Source: an uncultured archaeon (GTDB lineage Archaea; Micrarchaeota; Micrarchaeia; Micrarchaeales; CABMGC01). From it: DNA of 32,000 nt. Shown piece by piece: positions 17,713 to 25,011 of this stretch (the first letter of the stretch is position 1; every line of letters starts with the position of its first letter). The DNA lies in assembly GCA_963704435.1 (NCBI GenBank), contig OY969902.1:300001-332000 (forward strand), in the 5' to 3' direction. The position numbers and the translations under genes are program-made. The notes under the pieces are model-generated. The model had not been told where the DNA came from and ran no database searches. It worked only from the letters and a program-made list of their open reading frames with translations.

Positions 17713-18708
17713 TTAACCGCTCGTTCCTCTCAGAGGAAGGCGCGAGGACCGGCCATTCCCGCCAAGCATCGCCTTTATCCGCTTGAGGTCCTTTTCCAGC
17801 GACGCGGCGTTCGTCGTCGACCTAAGCGCCGCCGCGGGGTGGTACGTTATGAAATAGGTGATTCCGCCCTTCGCAAACGCCCTTCCTCGGCTGCCTGCGA
17901 TCCTGTCGATGCCGAGGACCGATGCGCTCGCCGTCCTGCCTAGGAGTATTATCGTCTTAGGTTTCACGATTCCTATCTGCGCGTCGAGGAACTTCCTGCA
18001 CGCCGCCAGCTCACCGCGCGTCGGCGCACGATTTCCAGGGGGCCTGAATGGAACCATGTTGGTTATGTAGAGGTTCTCCCTTCTCAAGCCCGCCTTCCTC
18101 AGGAGCGACTCAAGCTTCCGGCCGCCTCTCCCGACGAACGGCCTGCCCAGCGCATCCTCAGTAGCGCCTGGCGCCTCACCCAGCAGCATGATCTCTGCGT
18201 CGAGCGGACCCTCTCCTTTCACGAGCTTCTTACTAAGCCGCCATCCCTTGGATTTCGGCGGCAGCCTTGCGTATTCGGAATCCAGCTTTTTCATCCGCTC
18301 GTGTCTGCCGATGTAGTCGAACACGCGCGGAGCTATGCGCTCCAGGTCCCTATATTTTATCCGCTCTGCGAAGCCCTCATAATCCAGCCACTCGTATCCT
18401 ATGTGCTCTCTAGACAACCTGACCCTTTTCGTCCTGGCCTTTCCAAGGAAGAACTTGTCGCGCTTGAGCACTTTCTCCTTCCCCCTTGTGAAGAAGTATC
18501 TCGTCTCCGCAAGGAAGTAGGGTATGAAGGACACCTCCAGGCCTGTCTCCTCCTTCAGTTCGCGGTGCGCCGCATCCGCGGCGTGCTCCCCCTTCTTTAT
18601 GTGACCCTTGGGCAGGTCGCAGTCCTTCACCCTCTTCAGCAGGAGGACCAGCGTCCTTCCGCGCTCGATCCGGTATACGAAGACGCCTGCGGAGTACTCG
18701 AAAATCAT
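17713..18708 (-). CDS. Nudix hydrolase fused to family-4-like uracil-DNA glycosylase domain
   Basis: Nudix box GHIKKGEHAADAAHRELKEETGLEV; UDG motifs LLGEAPGATEDALGRPFVGRGGRKLE, FRPPGNRAPTRGELAAC, TYHPAAALR. Start at ATG 18708 overlaps archaeosortase stop (ATGA). Confidence 0.88.
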   Translation of the reverse strand: MIFEYSAGVFVYRIERGRTLVLLLKRVKDCDLPKGHIKKGEHAADAAHRELKEETGLEVSFIPYFLAETRYFFTRGKEKVLKRDKFFLGKARTKRVRLSREHIGYEWLDYEGFAERIKYRDLERIAPRVFDYIGRHERMKKLDSEYARLPPKSKGWRLSKKLVKGEGPLDAEIMLLGEAPGATEDALGRPFVGRGGRKLESLLRKAGLRRENLYITNMVPFRPPGNRAPTRGELAACRKFLDAQIGIVKPKTIILLGRTASASVLGIDRIAGSRGRAFAKGGITYFITYHPAAALRSTTNAASLEKDLKRIKAMLGGNGRSSRLPLRGTSG

Positions 18709-20246
18709 CGCAATCCCACTATGCCCTCCGAAATGCATAGCGCGGTAAGCATGTTCCTCCTCACTGTGGCGTTTGCGCTCCCTCCGTCAGGACCGTTCAG
18801 CAGCAGGTAGTACGCGGCGCTGTAGCCCGCCGAGCACGTGCTGTTGCGGAGCACGCCAGGGGGTATGACTATGTAGGTCCCGGCAACGGTCGACGAGGAG
18901 TTCTGCAGCGCGAGCGGGAGGTCGGCACCGTATACCACGAACGTCGTCCTGTTGGAGATCACGTCAAGCACCGTCTCGCTTATTCCGGTGGCGCTCACCA
19001 TCTCGAGCTTTCCCGCCACGGTGTCGTTGCTCTCGATGTTCTTGAGGACGGCGGGGTTCGGCCCGCTCATCTGCATCACCACCGGAGACGACACGCTTAT
19101 CGTCTTGTTGAAGAGGTCGAAAAGGACATAGTCCCCCGTCGGGCTTGCTATGGACAGGCTTGTCAGGTTGCTCCCGCCTATCATGCCCGCCACCGAGGAT
19201 TCGACCTCCTTGTTGCTGTAGTTGAACGCCACCCTGTTCGCGAGAATGATTGGGGAGGTGGGAGCAGATACTGAAACGTTCGCGGTCGTGAGAAGGTACA
19301 GCGCGGGGAATGCAAGCGCAAGAAGTATCGCGCACAGGTATATGCCTCCGTTCCCCGATTCTTTCTTTCCCTTCCGCTTGGCAGTCGGGCCCTCCTTAGC
19401 AAGGGACAGGCCGTACTTCCCTGCGACCAGCACCATCGCGGCGATCGCGATGTAGAACAGTATCACACCGGCCGATGCGTGCACGAGGGCGATTATGCTG
19501 CTGGGCCCGTAGGTCAGCCAGGCGAACGATACGCCGAGCATCCTCACGATGTTCAGCACGAACAGCAGCGCAACTCCGCTCGATACCCAGACGACCTTCT
19601 TCCGGTTCTTCCCTGAGTATAAGTATGCGATGGGGACCAGGAACAGCGCCATCGCCACGAAGATCCCCAGGCTTACGCAAGCCTGTCCGATGCCCAGGCT
19701 GTATCCGTTAGCGCTTATCGCTAGCGGAGCGATGTATGACGCGCTCGGCGCGAACAGCTTGATGAAATGGTATACCAGGAGCGTGTTGAAGGATGTGAAC
19801 GCTCCGTAGGAGTTGAGTATCAGGAATAGCACTGCGGGCGACGCGAATACAGAATAGAGCATCAGGCCCCTGAAATTGCTTATGCTGTCGAGGCCGAACA
19901 GGAGGGTAGCGAGCGCCGCGAAGGCCAGCGGCAGCAGGAGCAGGTCGACGCTGAAGCTCGCGAACAGGAAAGACAGGTAGAACCTCGCGAACAGCGAGAC
20001 CAGCACGAACGCCGCGAACATCGCCGAGCCTGCGGCCAGGTCCCTGGCCCCGACGTGCGGCTCGGGCCTCGTCTTCGCGGAGAACAGCACGAAAAGCGGG
20101 ATCATGAGCAGCGGTACGATTATGTAGCTGGAAGGGTCTGTGTCGCTTATGGAGAAGGGAGTAGTAAGGAACGATGATACGAGCAGCACAAGGACTGCCA
20201 CGAAGAAGACGGCTATGCCAACGTTCATGCCATACTTGATTCTCAT
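18705..20246 (-). CDS. exosortase/archaeosortase-family membrane protein with C-terminal ectodomain
   Basis: 513 aa; polytopic N-half with GIGQACVSLGIFV, VLNIVRMLG and ALVHASAGVILFYI (Cys/Arg/His triad pattern); extracellular ~190 aa tail. Confidence 0.75.
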   Translation of the reverse strand: MRIKYGMNVGIAVFFVAVLVLLVSSFLTTPFSISDTDPSSYIIVPLLMIPLFVLFSAKTRPEPHVGARDLAAGSAMFAAFVLVSLFARFYLSFLFASFSVDLLLLPLAFAALATLLFGLDSISNFRGLMLYSVFASPAVLFLILNSYGAFTSFNTLLVYHFIKLFAPSASYIAPLAISANGYSLGIGQACVSLGIFVAMALFLVPIAYLYSGKNRKKVVWVSSGVALLFVLNIVRMLGVSFAWLTYGPSSIIALVHASAGVILFYIAIAAMVLVAGKYGLSLAKEGPTAKRKGKKESGNGGIYLCAILLALAFPALYLLTTANVSVSAPTSPIILANRVAFNYSNKEVESSVAGMIGGSNLTSLSIASPTGDYVLFDLFNKTISVSSPVVMQMSGPNPAVLKNIESNDTVAGKLEMVSATGISETVLDVISNRTTFVVYGADLPLALQNSSSTVAGTYIVIPPGVLRNSTCSAGYSAAYYLLLNGPDGGSANATVRRNMLTALCISEGIVGLR

Positions 20247-20338
20247 GTAAACGCCTTTTGTCCTCCGCCGATATAGACTTCATCACTAGTCAGTAGTTAC
20301 TCTGTTCGTCACTGGACAGGAATATTGGATTAATTGTA

Positions 20339-20346
20339 TTATATAA
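20339..20346 (+). promoter_or_regulatory. TATA box for leaderless archease transcript
   Basis: TTATATAA centred ~25 nt upstream of ATG 20367. Confidence 0.55.
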
Positions 20347-20366
20347 ATGCCTACCCAATCCTAACC

Positions 20367-20807
20367 ATGCCGACCGCAAGATACAGGTACCTGCCGCACA
20401 CCGCGGACATAAAATTTGTAGCGTATGGCAAGGACCTCAGGGAACTGATTGAGAACTCCGCGCTCGCGCTGCTGAACGTCATGCTCGACACTCGGAAGAT
20501 AAAAAGAGGGAAGGGAAAAGCGAAGATGATCGTGATAAATGAGAAGGCAGACATCTGGGAGAACATGATCTGGTATGCGCTCCAGGACATGCTCACCAGG
20601 ATCGATGAGAAGTCGCTGTGCGCATTCGAGTTCAAGGTTAAGTCGCTGTCCATGGAAAAGGGCGGGATATGGATGGCTGGTGAGCTGCGATACAGGGGCG
20701 CGGACGCATCGTGCTTCCTTACGGAGGTGAAGGCGGTGACCCCCTACGACATGAAAGTGAGGAAGACCAAAGGCGGCTACGAGATGGCTGTCGTGCTCGA
20801 CGTGTGA
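20367..20807 (+). CDS. archease (RtcB ligase co-factor)
   Basis: MPTARYRYLPHTADIKFVAYGKDLRELIENSALALLNVM; C-terminal TPYDMKVRKTKGGYEMAVVLDV. Start moved from 20334 to 20367. Confidence 0.9.
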   Translation: MPTARYRYLPHTADIKFVAYGKDLRELIENSALALLNVMLDTRKIKRGKGKAKMIVINEKADIWENMIWYALQDMLTRIDEKSLCAFEFKVKSLSMEKGGIWMAGELRYRGADASCFLTEVKAVTPYDMKVRKTKGGYEMAVVLDV

Positions 20808-22612
20808 AGAAGGCCATGGGACGGCCCGCCAGTCTCACCATAAAGATTAAGATGCTACTCGTGCAAAGACACCATAGGGAGAAGATGAGGCGCTTCGGGT
20901 TTGAGATATACATACAGAAAGCGAAGCCCGGCGACACAAGTTGGAAGAATTTTATCAACACCGTATTCGATTACGACAGGGAATTCACGATAGAAGCGGA
21001 ATTTCTTGCGAGCGACGTCAACCTATATCTCTACTCAAACAGGGACCTGTCGAATCTGGCAACGAAGATACTTCCATTCATCCTCAAACCCATCAAGATT
21101 GCGCAGAAGCAGGAGGCATCCCCGCGCAAAATTAGACCGAGGCCGTACTTTTTCCTGCTGCCGGGCAACAAGAACCTGCTGGAGATAAAGGAGCATCAGA
21201 AAATCAAGAATGGCCTGGATCTTAAGAGCGTCGTCTGGCATTTCAGGTCGTTTTTCAGAGTGAAGGTAAACACCATGACCTTCATGTTCGAGGATGGAGA
21301 AGACGGACTGAGGACGGCCAAGAAGTATGCGCTGGGAATACCCTTCCGCCTGCTTGAGCAGATAGACTGGTCCAAGGCCGTCAAGTACAAAAAGAAGGAA
21401 ATGCCCGCATACCTCAACATCGAAAATGAATCCGATCTGTTCGTGCAAGGAAAGTCGGAAAGCATTTTGGAGGTCGATGGGTTCCCATACCTGAACGCGC
21501 AGAGCTACCTGTCGCTCAGGGGCTTCGATTTCGAAAAGCATACCCTGATACTGGGGCAGACTGGGGTCGGAAAATCAAAGCTCATAACCCTTCTTGTGAA
21601 AAGCATGGAGAGGCTTCAGTCAAAGGACAAGTATGCGGTAGTCGTGATAGACCCCCACGCCTCATTGTTCTCTGACTTCGGTGGAGTGAAGGGCGCCGTG
21701 AGCCTGGACTTCGTAAAGTCCTACTGCGACCTGTTCGTCAAGGGCGCGGACCCTAAGATGGCTACCGAGCTTACGCTGCTCCTGTTCAAGACCCTGCTGA
21801 AGGACCAGTTCAATCCCAGGCTCGAGCGCGTGCTGAAGTACTCCTCGTTCTCCCTGATCTCGGCGGGCGCGATGTCGCTCAACAACATGAGGAAGTTCCT
21901 TTCGGAAATCGAGTATCGAAAGGACATACTGGACAAGCTGCCTGACGAGGACGCTACGGCGCACTTCTTCGACACGGACTTCATAGAAGCGCAAACGCAG
22001 TTCTATGACACCGCGATAATGCCCATACTCTCCCTTATCGACGAGCTCAACCTGCTTCCTGTGTTCAAGGAGGGCAGATCCCTGAAGGACGTGATAAGCG
22101 ACAACTTCCTCACGGTGTTCTCCCTTTCGAGGATATCCCTCGGGGACAGGGCCTCAAGGCTCATCGCCGGGCTGCTGATACAGCAGCTGTTCCTGATGGC
22201 GCAGGGCGGGATGCTCCGCAAGAAGGTAATCCTGGTGATAGACGAGGTGCCTATGGTGGAGAACGACGCCATGATAGCCATACTCTCCGAATCCAGGAAG
22301 TTCGGCATGTCGCTGTTCCTCTCCATGCAGTTCCTGGATCAGATAAGCGCGCCGCTGCAGAAGGCGATCCTTTCGAACGTCTACAACTATTTCGTATTCA
22401 AGACCGACGAGAAAGACGCAGAGACGCTCGGAAAGAACCTGTACCTCGACATACCCTCCGAGGTGATGGAGGCGGCGAAGGAGAGGGGCGAGAGCAAGGA
22501 TGACATAAAGAAGAGGCTGTTCACGACGCTCAACGCGAGGGAGTGCATCGTGAGGGTGTACTCGAACGGCAAATACTACCACTGCTTCAGGGCAAAGACT
22601 CTCGAATCGTGA
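20804..22612 (+). CDS. HerA/TraG-VirD4-like P-loop ATPase
   Basis: Walker A TLILGQTGVGKSKL; AVVVIDPHASL; Walker B KVILVIDEVPMVEN; LFLSMQFLDQI. GTG 20804 overlaps archease stop (GTGA); ATG 20816 is an alternative. Confidence 0.82.
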   Translation: MKKAMGRPASLTIKIKMLLVQRHHREKMRRFGFEIYIQKAKPGDTSWKNFINTVFDYDREFTIEAEFLASDVNLYLYSNRDLSNLATKILPFILKPIKIAQKQEASPRKIRPRPYFFLLPGNKNLLEIKEHQKIKNGLDLKSVVWHFRSFFRVKVNTMTFMFEDGEDGLRTAKKYALGIPFRLLEQIDWSKAVKYKKKEMPAYLNIENESDLFVQGKSESILEVDGFPYLNAQSYLSLRGFDFEKHTLILGQTGVGKSKLITLLVKSMERLQSKDKYAVVVIDPHASLFSDFGGVKGAVSLDFVKSYCDLFVKGADPKMATELTLLLFKTLLKDQFNPRLERVLKYSSFSLISAGAMSLNNMRKFLSEIEYRKDILDKLPDEDATAHFFDTDFIEAQTQFYDTAIMPILSLIDELNLLPVFKEGRSLKDVISDNFLTVFSLSRISLGDRASRLIAGLLIQQLFLMAQGGMLRKKVILVIDEVPMVENDAMIAILSESRKFGMSLFLSMQFLDQISAPLQKAILSNVYNYFVFKTDEKDAETLGKNLYLDIPSEVMEAAKERGESKDDIKKRLFTTLNARECIVRVYSNGKYYHCFRAKTLES

Positions 22613-23355
22613 TCCGCATGGACGAGAACAAGGCGAAGCAGATCACCGATTACGTGTTCAAGGACGTCTTCGGGGTCGGAAACCCCTTCTCCCTCGAGGA
22701 GATAAGGAAGAGGTTCGCGTTCGACATCGAGCTCCCGAAGAAAGCGAGGGGCGCGTTCACCGAAGAGGACGTCTGGACCATCTCTGAGACAAAGGACAGG
22801 GTTATAGGGCGGAAGGCCCTCATGGCGCGGATGAAGAAGGACGAATGGATGCTGGAGAAAAAGCCCATAGGTTCGGTGGAGGAACTGCTGGGCCGCTGGA
22901 GCGAGATAAACTACATGCAGGGGGAGCGCTATGAGGACTCCACGGAAGTAGCGGAATCGGATAACGTCTACCACAGCACGTCCGTGTATAGGAGCACGGA
23001 GACGCTCCACTCGCAGAACATCGTATTCTCAAATACAAATTTCGGATGCAGCTACCTCGTCGCCAGTTCGGACAACTCGAAGTGCATCCTGGGCGTGAGG
23101 ATGCGCAAGAGCGTATTCTGCTCCTCGGGATTCGAGATCTCGGGATCGGACAAGGTATCTAAGAGCATGTATATACGCGGATGCACGGACCTGTATGAAT
23201 GCATGTTCTGCTCGCAGCTCAGGTCGAAGAGGTACTGCATAGCGAACATGCAGTTCGAGAAGGGCGAGTACCTCAGGATAAAGGACATGCTGGTTAAGTG
23301 GACCCTGGAGAACTTCGACGCAAAGCTGAAATCGAAGCTGGGCTTGAGCCGATAG
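22609..23355 (+). CDS. Cys/Asn-rich repetitive hypothetical protein coupled to the ATPase
   Basis: VIRMDENKAKQITDYVF...; region NVYHSTSVYRSTETLHSQNIVFSNTNFGCSYLVASSDNSKCILGVRMRKSVFCSS...KRYCIANMQFEKGEY looks solenoid-like. GTG 22609 overlaps ATPase stop. Confidence 0.65.
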   Translation: MIRMDENKAKQITDYVFKDVFGVGNPFSLEEIRKRFAFDIELPKKARGAFTEEDVWTISETKDRVIGRKALMARMKKDEWMLEKKPIGSVEELLGRWSEINYMQGERYEDSTEVAESDNVYHSTSVYRSTETLHSQNIVFSNTNFGCSYLVASSDNSKCILGVRMRKSVFCSSGFEISGSDKVSKSMYIRGCTDLYECMFCSQLRSKRYCIANMQFEKGEYLRIKDMLVKWTLENFDAKLKSKLGLSR

Positions 23356-23405
23356 CGCTGATTTCCGCACAAAATTAAAAAGCCAGGGAAGGGCTGAGGC
23401 AGTTA

Positions 23406-23430
23406 AGCTTACCCTTTTCTTGGGTAGGCT
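23406..23430. terminator. 9-bp hairpin, possible terminator or RNA element
   Basis: AGCTTACCC-TTTTCTT-GGGTAGGCT, 8 Watson-Crick pairs plus one G-T, in the gap after the archease operon. Confidence 0.4.
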
Positions 23431-23480
23431 CATAGGATGACCCTAAAGGTATTAATACGAGTAAATTATTAAGAGTTGGC

Positions 23481-23699
23481 ATGGAACTTTGGAAGAAAAG
23501 GCAGCACCACAACGTTGCCAGGGACACCACCCGGGTTATGAAGCTCGGCAACGCCCAGCTTCTCATCACGATACCGGCGGAGATCGCCAGGTGGAAGAAG
23601 ATCGGCAAGGGTACGCTGCTGAAGTGGTCCGATGCGGGGCAGGACCGCGTACTCGTGGAGGTAAAAGAAGAAACAGTCAGCGAGCTCGCTGGATATTAG
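23481..23699 (+). CDS. AbrB/SpoVT-like swapped-hairpin small DNA-binding protein
   Basis: 72 aa; TRVMKLGNAQLLITIPAEIARWKKIGKGTLLKW...RVLVEV resembles the AbrB GN-x-x-x-xIPxEI-x-x-W pattern. Confidence 0.6.
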   Translation: MELWKKRQHHNVARDTTRVMKLGNAQLLITIPAEIARWKKIGKGTLLKWSDAGQDRVLVEVKEETVSELAGY

Positions 23700-23712
23700 T
23701 TGCGGCATTTTC

Positions 23713-23741
23713 GACGACAAAATGAACTTTCAGACGACAAA
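23713..23741. repeat. two direct GACGACAAA repeats with 20-bp period
   Basis: GACGACAAA at 23713-23721 and 23733-23741 between the AbrB-like gene and the element. Confidence 0.6.
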
Positions 23742-23827
23742 CCCCCGCCATTATAAATAATATATCGGATATTCACTGGCTACGGTTTGCAGTTTCAGCT
23801 CCGCATTGCGTGCGAGGGTGACGCGCA

Positions 23828-24016
23828 TCACGTTACGTGCCTCATCGGTTGGTCCTCGGGTTCGCCGAGGAGACGGCGGAGCTCCTTAACCCTCGCGAGT
23901 ATGACTGCACTCGGTTCCTTTATGGTCCGCTCCGTGAACTCCCGAAAGTATTCCCTCGACAGCTCCGCAATCCTTAGCCTGATAGCCTCGACGTTTATTT
24001 GCTTTGTTTCTTCCAT
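23828..24016 (-). CDS. hypothetical small alpha-helical protein
   Basis: 62 aa MEETKQINVEAIRLRIAELSREYFREF... Confidence 0.5.
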   Translation of the reverse strand: MEETKQINVEAIRLRIAELSREYFREFTERTIKEPSAVILARVKELRRLLGEPEDQPMRHVT

Positions 24017-24024
24017 GTTTTCAC

Positions 24025-24141
24025 CTAATCGTCACCGAGGAGCAGCAAAAGCAGTTCCAGCTCCTCCTCACTCAGCCCTTCCATGCCAGTCTCCTCTTGC
24101 GGGACCGGCGGCAGTTCCTTCTTCTTCCAGGGCCAACCCAC
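24025..24141 (-). CDS. 38-aa acidic micro-ORF
   Basis: Manual translation from GTG 24141: VGWPWKKKELPPVPQEETGMEGLSEEELELLLLLLGDD*. Confidence 0.3.
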   Translation of the reverse strand: MGWPWKKKELPPVPQEETGMEGLSEEELELLLLLLGDD

Positions 24142-24249
24142 TATAACACCCCTGCCATTCGCTTATAAGATGCTTTACAGGTCGCGCACAGGCTCAAAGT
24201 GGCAGTTACACCCATATCCACCTCAGTTGCGAGACCCCTGAACCCCATT

Positions 24250-24684
24250 TTAAGCACCTATTCGCTTATTCCGCTCCAAAGCCATAGTTTCGAGCCACCT
24301 TTTGCGCGATTCTTCCTTATCTTTGAGGTATTTCACCCTCTCCGGCTCGGGCATGGCCGCGAGCTTCGCGTCCTCGCGCAGCTCACGATCCTGCAAGCCC
24401 TTGTTTGGCAGTAATGCCTGCTGCTCAGGTGTGAGGGCCCTGTAAAATGCCTCCCTGAGTTCGCGGGGGACGTGGCAGGTGCGCTGTGGGTCACCTGGAA
24501 GTCCGCGCCGCTGCACTATGAGCCTGCCATCCACGTCCTTATCATAGGTGGCAAAGCAGAGCGGACATTCGTTTGCCGCGCACCTGTGGAACGACCTGCA
24601 CCCGTACTCTTTGGTAAGTTGCGGCGTGCCTGGCGGCGCACTGTCAGGTCCGCATATAAGCTGGTTCTCATTCGTCTTTTTCAT
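24250..24684 (-). CDS. Cys-rich putative zinc-binding hypothetical protein
   Basis: 144 aa; CRSFHRCAANECPLCFATYD followed by charged helical tail. Confidence 0.55.
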   Translation of the reverse strand: MKKTNENQLICGPDSAPPGTPQLTKEYGCRSFHRCAANECPLCFATYDKDVDGRLIVQRRGLPGDPQRTCHVPRELREAFYRALTPEQQALLPNKGLQDRELREDAKLAAMPEPERVKYLKDKEESRKRWLETMALERNKRIGA

Positions 24685-24856
24685 GGTTATCCCTCTTGAA
24701 CAGGTAGTAGTTCAGCAGGCCCCACGCCAGCGCCGCCTCCGAACTCGCAAAGCTGAGGAGCTGCATGATAGTCAGGTTTATATCCTCCATGCTGGTCCTC
24801 GGTCTCCTTTCGTAGTTCTTCGGCACGTCTTTGGCAGGATAGGTTGGTTCGCACAT
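24668..24856 (-). CDS. hypothetical small protein
   Basis: 62 aa, overlaps the downstream gene start by 17 nt. Confidence 0.5.
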   Translation of the reverse strand: MCEPTYPAKDVPKNYERRPRTSMEDINLTIMQLLSFASSEAALAWGLLNYYLFKRDNHEKDE

Positions 24857-24862
24857 GGTAAT

Positions 24863-25009
24863 TCACCCCTTCTTATCGCGCATTATCTTTATCGCATCCT
24901 CGAAGCTGTGCGGTCCATGATGGTTGCGCTCATAATGGCAGCGCAGCAGCAGGGTCCGACCTTCGCCTCTTGGCAAAGTCACGGAAACATTACAGGTTTT
25001 CTTATCCAT
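24863..25009 (-). CDS. 48-aa Cys/His micro-protein, putative zinc binding
   Basis: Manual translation: MDKKTCNVSVTLPRGEGRTLLLRCHYERNHHGPHSFEDAIKIMRDKKG*; not in the ORF track. Confidence 0.55.
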   Translation of the reverse strand: MDKKTCNVSVTLPRGEGRTLLLRCHYERNHHGPHSFEDAIKIMRDKKG

Positions 25010-25011
25010 AG

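Noticed and set aside
17858-18810. Several plus-strand ORFs (e.g. 18301-18810) opposite the Nudix-UDG gene
   Set aside because: Antisense shadows of a strongly supported gene; typical of GC-rich sequence.
23787-24146. 119-aa plus-strand ORF in the element
   Set aside because: Opposite to 62-aa and 38-aa minus ORFs consistent with the operon; low-complexity Pro/Ala-rich translation suggests shadow frame.
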